Positions 1 through 5,987 of a DNA stretch of 36,974 nt are shown here, in pieces. The position numbers and the translations under genes were made by a program. How positions within the stretch are numbered: position 1 is the stretch's first letter; every line of letters begins with the position of its first letter. The DNA is from a virus. The notes under the pieces were generated by a model that saw only the letters and a list, made by a program, of their open reading frames with translations, was not told the origin of the DNA and did not search any database. The DNA lies in IMG/VR virus record IMGVR_UViG_3300045988_122510, positions 1 to 36,974 of that record. The stretch is one strand, 5' to 3'.

Positions 1-55
1 AAATGAAAAAGGTTACAATTCAACAAAAAAAATTTATATTATATTTAGAAAATAT
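1..55. repeat. 55-bp terminal overlap, identical to 36920-36974 (circular contig closure)
   Basis: Read directly: bases 1-55 equal bases 36920-36974. An ORF starting at 36811 reads through the junction to a stop at 144-146. Confidence 0.95.
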
Positions 56-146
56 GTTAGATGATGAAAATGATATATTTTCAGTAGTCAGAGTTAAAGA
101 TGTTTTACAAAAATGCAAAGAGATGTTAGGAGATGATAAAGAATGA
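3..146 (+). CDS. 3' part of the junction-spanning small coiled-coil ORF (36811..36974, continuing at 56..146)
   Basis: In-frame continuation across the 55-bp overlap. Its stop, TGA 144-146, overlaps the next ATG at 143. Contains KKLQQEMKK like its neighbours. Confidence 0.55.
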   Translation: MKKVTIQQKKFILYLENMLDDENDIFSVVRVKDVLQKCKEMLGDDKE

Positions 147-427
147 ATAAAGAAAAAGACTTTTTTAAAACTTGTTTTAATATAGTAGCAGGACTAGAAG
201 TAAGAAATGAAAGCCAAACAATAGCAAAAGAAGTTGTTTTAAGCGAAATTGAACGTTTACAACAGGAAAATAGAAAGCAAAAAGAAATTATTGATGAGAC
301 AATAAATGCTATTGATTTAGTAATTGAGTTAGTAAAACAACAACCAACGGAAGATGATAGGTGGATTTTAGATAGATTAAATGGATTTAAGATTATTTTA
401 GAAGATAAAGAGGTGTCAGATGAATAA
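143..427 (+). CDS. small acidic coiled-coil protein, paralog family (LQQEN core, C-terminal EVSDE)
   Basis: 94-aa ORF with an ATGA overlap to the upstream gene. Motif ERLQQENRKQKEII. Ends KEVSDE, with GAGGTG inside its own 3' end serving as the SD of the next gene. Confidence 0.6.
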   Translation: MNKEKDFFKTCFNIVAGLEVRNESQTIAKEVVLSEIERLQQENRKQKEIIDETINAIDLVIELVKQQPTEDDRWILDRLNGFKIILEDKEVSDE

Positions 428-671
428 AAAAGAAATACTGGGATTATGTGGGCTTTTAAAATTACATGGTTATGAAAATACTGATAATATATCAAAATTC
501 ATATTTGAATTACAACAAGAAAATAAACAACTAAAAGAAGATATAAAAAATATAATAAAAATATTAGACAAAAATTGTGATGATTTAGAAGCAACAGAAG
601 AAGAATTTGATAGTTTAGACAGATGGCAGGGATTACAAGTTGTAGAGTTAGAAAAAGGGAGTGATGAGTAA
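420..671 (+). CDS. small acidic coiled-coil protein, paralog family
   Basis: 83-aa ORF with SD GAGGTG upstream and an overlapping start. Motif ELQQENKQLKEDI. Ends EKGSDE. Confidence 0.6.
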   Translation: MNKKEILGLCGLLKLHGYENTDNISKFIFELQQENKQLKEDIKNIIKILDKNCDDLEATEEEFDSLDRWQGLQVVELEKGSDE

Positions 672-1082
672 ATGAATGATAAAGAATATACTTACGACAT
701 TGATAAATACACGATAGGTGTAGACACAAATGGTGAAGATGGAATTGGTATGACTGTTGCAAAAGTAGAAAATGGTGAGATTTATTTTTTAGGCAATTGC
801 TATGGTGAAAATGCTAGATGCCTAGATTTATTAATAAAAGAAAATCAACAATTAAAAATCCAAATAAGTGCTAGAGAAGAAGAATATAGGAAGTTGGAAA
901 ATAAAGTAAATAAAATTATTGAAACAATAGATGAAGAATTAATATATGATAAAGGAACTGACATTACTTCAGCAATAGGCGATGTAGGAGAAAAAATGAA
1001 ATTTTATTTATCAGATTGTGAATTTTTAAACGAATTTAGAAAATTAGAAAGAGGTGAAAGTGATGAAAATAACAATATATGA
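672..1082 (+). CDS. small coiled-coil protein, paralog family
   Basis: 136-aa ORF whose start abuts the previous stop. Motif LIKENQQLKIQI. C-terminal RGESDE. Confidence 0.6.
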   Translation: MNDKEYTYDIDKYTIGVDTNGEDGIGMTVAKVENGEIYFLGNCYGENARCLDLLIKENQQLKIQISAREEEYRKLENKVNKIIETIDEELIYDKGTDITSAIGDVGEKMKFYLSDCEFLNEFRKLERGESDENNNI

Positions 1083-1392
1083 ATTATTAGGATTAGTTAA
1101 AGATGGTAAAGCACCTAAAAAAATTAAATTTTTGGAATTTAAAATGACATTTATTGAAACGGCAGAATGGGGAGATTATGAAGATGATAATCATCATAAA
1201 TTATCTGATTTTAGGCTAATAGATTGTTTAAATGATTTTGTAGAAATCATAGAAGAACCAAAGAAGATAGAATATGAGCAAATTGAAGAATTAACTTGTA
1301 ATGAATTTGATTTTGAAAAGAAAACTATTAATTCATTAATAAAAAATCAAAGGAAATTAATAGATGAAATTAACAATTTAAAGGAGAAATAA
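1063..1392 (+). CDS. hypothetical small protein (KITIYELLGLVKDGK type N-terminus)
   Basis: The ORF track starts at GTG 1054, but ATG 1063 sits 6 nt after the GAGGTG SD. The N-terminus resembles those of ORFs 2131 and 30032. Confidence 0.55.
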   Translation: MKITIYELLGLVKDGKAPKKIKFLEFKMTFIETAEWGDYEDDNHHKLSDFRLIDCLNDFVEIIEEPKKIEYEQIEELTCNEFDFEKKTINSLIKNQRKLIDEINNLKEK

Positions 1393-1883
1393 TGAAACAA
1401 AAAGATTTAAAAATAGATTTTAGATATTTAACTGGAAACATAGCTTGTTTGAGTGTAGATAGTATAAGTGGTGAATCAGTTCATAATGATATCAATAATG
1501 AAGAAGCAATTATAATTTTTAATTCATTAGTTGGAGAAAAAGCAGATTGTCAAACTGTAAAATCTTTATTAAAAGAAAATCAAGAATTAAAGAAAGAACT
1601 TGAAAAAAATAAAAATCCATTAAAAGGAATATTTGCACAAGTAAATGATGATATGCTTTTAAGAAATTGTGGAGCAATGCAATCCGAAATAGATACATAT
1701 AAAAATCAACAACAAGAGTTTATAAAATATTTAGAAGATGAAACAAAAGAAGTAGAAAAAACAATTGAAATGTTAAGTGATACTAATAGTTGTAGGATAC
1801 AAAATTTGAAGTATAAAGGAAATACTTTAAAAGAAATTTTACAAAAATACAAAAGTATAATAGGAGTATCAGATGAGCATTAG
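1392..1883 (+). CDS. coiled-coil protein, paralog family
   Basis: 163-aa ORF with TAATG coupling. Motif LLKENQELKKELE. Ends IGVSDEH. Confidence 0.6.
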   Translation: MKQKDLKIDFRYLTGNIACLSVDSISGESVHNDINNEEAIIIFNSLVGEKADCQTVKSLLKENQELKKELEKNKNPLKGIFAQVNDDMLLRNCGAMQSEIDTYKNQQQEFIKYLEDETKEVEKTIEMLSDTNSCRIQNLKYKGNTLKEILQKYKSIIGVSDEH

Positions 1884-2118
1884 AAAAAAGAAGGAATTAT
1901 ATGATTTTAATGATATAAAGCCTATAACTCTAATTAATATGGATAAAGAGGATTTACTTGATATTATACAAATGTTAAATACTAACATAAAAGCACATAA
2001 GCAAAGAGAAGATGTAATACGAGCAAGATTAGAAAAATGCTACAAATATTTTGAAAAGCAAGGACTAACTGATAAGGAAATTATAAACATAACACAATTA
2101 GATTGTGAAAAGATTTAG
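1873..2118 (+). CDS. hypothetical protein
   Basis: 81-aa ORF with SD AGGAG upstream. It overlaps the upstream gene by 11 nt. Confidence 0.55.
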   Translation: MSIRKKKELYDFNDIKPITLINMDKEDLLDIIQMLNTNIKAHKQREDVIRARLEKCYKYFEKQGLTDKEIINITQLDCEKI

Positions 2119-2130
2119 GAGGAAATAAAG

Positions 2131-2358
2131 ATGAATAAAAAATATAATATAACTCATATTAAATTATTAAAAATGATTAAAAAAGGAAAACTTAAAGAAG
2201 GAACAAAAATATATGCAAGTGATTTTGTTGCCCCACTATTTTATGAAAATGGAACATTATACTTTTATAATTGTTATGATGAAAGAGAACCATTAACATT
2301 TAAAGGTTTTATTGAAAATATAAAATATGCTAAATTTAAAATAGGAGATGATAAATAA
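2131..2358 (+). CDS. hypothetical small protein
   Basis: 75-aa ORF with a strong SD (AGGAGG), 7 nt upstream. Confidence 0.6.
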   Translation: MNKKYNITHIKLLKMIKKGKLKEGTKIYASDFVAPLFYENGTLYFYNCYDEREPLTFKGFIENIKYAKFKIGDDK

Positions 2359-2528
2359 TGACGGCAAAGCAAAAGATATTTTATTTAATATTATTAATAA
2401 TATGGCTGTTATTGATGATTTGGGAATTTTCTATTGGAGAATATAAAATAATAATAAAATCAATTTGTATTTTTATCGGTAGCTTTATAATGGGCATTAT
2501 ATATGCAAAATTAGGAGATAAAAAATGA
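2358..2528 (+). CDS. small membrane protein (2 predicted TM segments), not in the ORF track
   Basis: ATG 2358 overlaps the upstream stop (TAATG). The 56 codons translate to MTAKQKIFYLILLIIWLLLMIW...FIGSFIMGIIYAKLGDKK. The stop overlaps the next ATG. Confidence 0.5.
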   Translation: MTAKQKIFYLILLIIWLLLMIWEFSIGEYKIIIKSICIFIGSFIMGIIYAKLGDKK

Positions 2529-2881
2529 AATTAGAAATTGGACAATTTGTTAGAACTAAAGATGGAATTATAGCAAAAGTAGATTACATAGATGATAATA
2601 CAATATTTTTTGATAAAGACCTTTATAGAACTTATGGTGATAGTATTAACTTTTTAGAAAAAGATAATTTAGAAAAAATAGTTAAAGCCAGTTATAACAT
2701 AATTGATATTTTGAAAGTTGGAGATTACGTTAATGGAGTTGAGGTAATTAATATTGATGATGAATGGATAACAACGAGTGATATACAAGTTCCAATATTA
2801 AAATCAATAGCAAATGGAATGATTAAATCAGTTATTACACACGAACAAATGGAGCAAATGGCTTATAAGGTAGGTGAGTAA
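2525..2881 (+). CDS. hypothetical protein
   Basis: 118-aa ORF with SD GGAG and an ATGA overlap. Confidence 0.6.
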   Translation: MKLEIGQFVRTKDGIIAKVDYIDDNTIFFDKDLYRTYGDSINFLEKDNLEKIVKASYNIIDILKVGDYVNGVEVINIDDEWITTSDIQVPILKSIANGMIKSVITHEQMEQMAYKVGE

Positions 2882-2883
2882 AG

Positions 2884-3084
2884 ATGAGTGAACATTTAAA
2901 ATTAGTTAAAGAAAATGCTTATATGAAATTATGCATTATACAATTAATAGAAGAATTAAAAGATAATGGGAAAGCGAAAGTTATTAAAGATTATTTGGTT
3001 GATGTTATTGATGGAGTTTATGGGAATACTCTAGGAGATAATAAAGAAAACTATTTTGATAAATTAACAAAGGAACGTGATTAA
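2884..3084 (+). CDS. hypothetical small protein
   Basis: 66-aa ORF with SD GGTGAG. Confidence 0.55.
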   Translation: MSEHLKLVKENAYMKLCIIQLIEELKDNGKAKVIKDYLVDVIDGVYGNTLGDNKENYFDKLTKERD

Positions 3085-4812
3085 ATGATAGATGAAAAAT
3101 TACAAGAAAAGTTGTTAAGTGTATTTGATAAAAGATTTCAAGATTATAATACAAAAGTATTAGAAAAATTAGGAAATGTTATCAAGCAATTTAAAGACTT
3201 AACTCCATCACAGGCTTACGAGTTAGGTCAGCAACTAAAATACAATACAACTGTCAAGGACTTACTAGATGAGTTATCTAAAATAAGTGGCTTGTCTGTT
3301 AAAGACTTGAAAGCAATACTAGAAAAGGTTGCAAAAGAAAACATTGGATTTGCGGATACTTATTATAAATCAAGAGGCTTGGAAACACCTATTTATAGTG
3401 AAAATAAAGCACTACAAAGGCTCGTTAATTCAGTTTATAATATAACTGGCAAAGAATTTAAAAACATTTCCAAAAGCACAGGATTTAGACTTTTGGATAA
3501 GGATAAAAAGCCTTTATTATTAAATATTAACGAAGTTTATAAAGAAGTTATTGATAGAAGTGTAATAGCTGTTAGCGAAGGTAAGGAATCTTACCAACAA
3601 GTTATGAGAAACACACTTCGACAATTGAGTGAAAGTGGAGTTCGTAAAATTGAGTATGAAAGTGGTTACTCTAGAAGAATAGATACAAGTGTTAGGATGA
3701 ATGTTTTAGATGGAATGAGACAAGTGGCAAATGAAAGCCAACAATTATTTGGACAAGAATTTGACAGTGATGGTATAGAAATATCTGTTCATCAAAATCC
3801 AGCTGATGATCATAGCATAGTTCAAGGACGTCAATTTTCAAATAAAGAATATGAAAAATTGCAAGAAACAGGAATTGCTACTGACTATACTGGCAAAGTA
3901 ATTGACATAAATTTAAAAAAGGGATTTAGACCCATATCAACACTCAACTGCTATCATTACATATTTTCAATAGTGTTAGGTGTGAGCAAACCGAGATATA
4001 GTGAAAAAGAATTACAAGATATAAACGAAAAGAATAAAAAAGGGTTTGAATTTGAGGGTAAACATTATACAATGTATGAAGGCACACAATTACAAAGAAA
4101 AATCGAAACTGCTATTCGTGAAGCAAAAGATACACAAATATTGGCTAAATCAAGTGGTGATGATGATTTGGTATTACAAAGCCAAACAAGAATTACACAA
4201 TTAACTACTAAATACAAAAAATTATGTAACGTTAGTGGACTACCTGATAAGTTATCTACTAGAGCAAGTGTAAGTGGCTATAAAAGAACTAAAATTAATA
4301 AAAAACCAAGTATAGTAAAATTTAAAAATGAAGTTGATTTTACTAAAAGCAATCATCCTAAGCCAATTTTGCTTGAAAAAATAGAACGAAAACAAATTGA
4401 TCAAAGAATAACATATTATGAAGATTTAATAAGAAAAAGCGATATAGAAAATGCTATTATTGTAACTAAAAATAATGAAGTTTATCAATGCTTTGGAAAT
4501 AAAGATAACGTATGGCCTGATATTGATTTACCTGATAAATTAGAAAATGCCATTGTGACTCATAATCATTTGAAGGAAAAAACAAGTTTTACATTTAGTA
4601 ATGATGATATTTCATTTTTTGAAAAGAACAAATTAAAAAAATTAAGAGGAACTGATTATAAATACGTTTATGAATTAGATAAAAATGGCAAACCCACATT
4701 AAAAGAACCATTGCTTGACGAAATGGTAGAAGATGGTTCTCTTGAATATATAAAAGCAATAAATTATGCCATTAAAAATGATATTTCTTTTAAAAGATGG
4801 AGACTAAAATGA
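3085..4812 (+). CDS. head morphogenesis / minor capsid protein (MuF, SPP1 gp7-like) with a ~170-aa C-terminal extension
   Basis: Family-typical block YSRRIDTSVRMNVLDGMRQV...GIEISVHQNPADDHSIVQGRQFS, followed by GKHYTMYEGTQLQRKIE. At 575 aa it is longer than the core domain. Confidence 0.8.
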   Translation: MIDEKLQEKLLSVFDKRFQDYNTKVLEKLGNVIKQFKDLTPSQAYELGQQLKYNTTVKDLLDELSKISGLSVKDLKAILEKVAKENIGFADTYYKSRGLETPIYSENKALQRLVNSVYNITGKEFKNISKSTGFRLLDKDKKPLLLNINEVYKEVIDRSVIAVSEGKESYQQVMRNTLRQLSESGVRKIEYESGYSRRIDTSVRMNVLDGMRQVANESQQLFGQEFDSDGIEISVHQNPADDHSIVQGRQFSNKEYEKLQETGIATDYTGKVIDINLKKGFRPISTLNCYHYIFSIVLGVSKPRYSEKELQDINEKNKKGFEFEGKHYTMYEGTQLQRKIETAIREAKDTQILAKSSGDDDLVLQSQTRITQLTTKYKKLCNVSGLPDKLSTRASVSGYKRTKINKKPSIVKFKNEVDFTKSNHPKPILLEKIERKQIDQRITYYEDLIRKSDIENAIIVTKNNEVYQCFGNKDNVWPDIDLPDKLENAIVTHNHLKEKTSFTFSNDDISFFEKNKLKKLRGTDYKYVYELDKNGKPTLKEPLLDEMVEDGSLEYIKAINYAIKNDISFKRWRLK

Positions 4813-4813
4813 A

Positions 4814-4843
4814 TTTACAAAAAATAAATTAATGTGATATAAT
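4814..4843 (+). promoter_or_regulatory. sigma-A type promoter for the non-coding locus
   Basis: TTTACA (4814-4819), 18-nt spacer, TGaTATAAT extended -10 (4835-4843). Confidence 0.6.
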
Positions 4844-4887
4844 TAATGCAGTGGAAAAAGTGTTTTACAATTTCCTTGCGTGTTACC

Positions 4888-5043
4888 TTTATAGGTAGCA
4901 TATTGAGTAAATAAAGAGAGAATGTTAGAGAGGACGTGTCTAACTGGTCGAACCTATTGTTACTATATCTATGGTACCTGATAGTGATAAAGGGCAATAG
5001 GAATGGAATCGAAATTTTATTTACTCAGTATGGTGCTTATAAG
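4888..5043 (+). ncRNA. structured RNA module U1 (about 28 positions of basal helix closing a ~100-nt branched apical domain)
   Basis: 4888-4915 pairs with 5016-5043, with 4 G-U pairs and one G/G mismatch. Internal hairpins are GTTAGA/TCTAAC (4923-4943) and CCTATTG/CAATAGG (4953-5002). Confidence 0.6.
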
Positions 5044-5223
5044 CCTATTTTCCCGTGTGGAGGTAAGATTTAAGCATTATTATTGATATGTAAAGTTAGA
5101 AGTGATAAGACACTTAAAAATCTATCTTGCAAGTACTACATATCAATTCATATACTTCATTGATTAGTTAAAATACGAATGTATGTAGGCTAGTTTGACA
5201 TTATAGTATATGCTTGCTATCTC

Positions 5224-5358
5224 TTGTAGGTAGCATATCGAGTAAATATAAAATAGAGCTCTTGGTAGAGTCTGGGTGCGTACGCCAATCCAAAACTAAG
5301 ACAATGGGGTATAGGTTCGATTCCTATTGATTATATTTACTTGATATGCTGCTTGTAA
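5224..5358 (+). ncRNA. structured RNA module U2 (28-bp basal helix closing a tRNA-like domain)
   Basis: 5224-5251 pairs with 5331-5358 with no mismatch and 5 G-U pairs. The apical 79 nt contain a D-arm-like GCTC-TTGGTA-GAGT (5258-5271) and a canonical T arm ATAGG-TTCGATT-CCTAT (5311-5327). Confidence 0.65.
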
Positions 5359-5499
5359 ATACTAGCAGTCTATAAATGTGTTCCAGAATGGAGTAAATCA
5401 AGAAATTGATGTAGAAATCATCTTTATAGGCAATAAGCACTTATGCAAATAATATATACTTCATTACATTAGCTGCCATTGTTATATATTGACTATCTC

Positions 5500-5592
5500 T
5501 AGTAGGTAGTGTCTAGTGATATAGAAACAACTAGTATCATGTAGCTACTAATCGAGGCTAGGCTCGTATATATCATTAGACAGTATCTATTA
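5500..5592 (+). ncRNA. structured RNA module U3 (24-position basal helix, ~45-nt apical domain)
   Basis: 5500-5523 pairs with 5569-5592, with 3 G-U pairs and a G/G mismatch at the same place as in U1. It has the same TAGGTAG start as U1 and U2 but a different, co-varying helix sequence. Confidence 0.55.
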
Positions 5593-5610
5593 AGATACAT
5601 GAACTGAAAG

Positions 5611-5635
5611 GCAACCTTAATGGTTGTTTTTTTTT
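5611..5635 (+). terminator. intrinsic terminator ending the non-coding locus
   Basis: Hairpin CAACC-ttaat-GGTTG followed by a run of 9 T. Confidence 0.6.
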
Positions 5636-5641
5636 GTGTAT

Positions 5642-5670
5642 TTGATTTTTTTTAGTAAATATGATATAAT
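5642..5670 (+). promoter_or_regulatory. sigma-A type promoter
   Basis: TTGATT, 17-nt spacer, TATAAT, with a TG extension (TGaTATAAT, 5662-5670). Confidence 0.55.
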
Positions 5671-5699
5671 CTATCTAGTGATTAAAGGTAGGCGAGTTA

Positions 5700-5825
5700 A
5701 TGAAAGAATATCGTTGTATTTGTGGGAAACTCTTATTTAAAGGCAAATTTAAAGGTATTATTTCAATAATGTGCCGACATTGTAAAAAATTGATAGAGTT
5801 CCATTCAGAGAGCCAAGATAAATAA
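5700..5825 (+). CDS. Com-like zinc-finger protein (phage Mu Com family), 41 aa, not in the ORF track
   Basis: Translation is MKEYRCICGKLLFKGKFKGIISIMCRHCKKLIEFHSESQDK. This gives CxC...CxxC with the KLLFK signature of Mu Com. SD AGGTAGG lies upstream. Confidence 0.6.
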   Translation: MKEYRCICGKLLFKGKFKGIISIMCRHCKKLIEFHSESQDK

Positions 5826-5845
5826 ATTATCTAGGCTCTTTTTGT
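5809..5845 (+). terminator. intrinsic terminator overlapping the 3' end of the com-like gene
   Basis: AGAGCCaAGATAA (5809-5821) pairs with TTATCTaGGCTCT (5827-5839), followed by TTTTTGTTT. Confidence 0.55.
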
Positions 5846-5981
5846 TTATCACGAGGACTAAAGAGATTAATCAAGTGCAAGTCTTGACTTCGTGGCTTAT
5901 TAAGTGCTTTACACGAGCGTTATCGTGTTAAAATTCAAACTTTCTGCGTGCTCATCACACGAAAAAAAGATGTAAGGAGGA
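5846..5981 (+). promoter_or_regulatory. structured leader upstream of the scaffold and capsid genes
   Basis: Three CACGA boxes (5850-5854, 5912-5916, 5958-5962) and complementary TCGTG/CGTG boxes (5890-5894, 5923-5927, 5947-5950) allow mutually exclusive hairpins. Confidence 0.4.
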
Positions 5982-5987
5982 ATGAAT

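Noticed and set aside
1-55. The 55-bp end duplication as the true physical direct terminal repeat of the virion DNA.
   Set aside because: The length equals a common assembler k-mer. A gene reads through the junction. The terminase and portal are of the PBSX/SPP1 headful-like type, for which short exact DTRs are not expected. It cannot be fully excluded without read-end analysis.
4815-4997. A 60-aa minus-strand ORF in the MuF-scaffold gap.
   Set aside because: It overlaps the promoter and the basal helix of RNA module U1. It has no SD. The strand-specific G-U pattern shows the functional strand is +.
5194-5223. TTGACA at 5194 as an internal promoter for RNA module U2, and TTGACT at 5488 for U3.
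   Set aside because: The would-be -10 hexamer for the first is TATCTC, which is poor. The second has no -10 at all before the helix starts. The TTGAC blocks align as part of the duplicated RNA unit rather than at a fixed promoter distance.
5224-5358. Module U2 as a genuine decoding tRNA gene.
   Set aside because: The T and D arms are good. However, the three acceptor pairs next to the junction are mismatched, the helix is 28 bp instead of 7, there is no 7-nt anticodon loop (a 4-bp stem with a tetraloop instead), and there is no CCA or plausible discriminator. It is better described as a tRNA-like domain.
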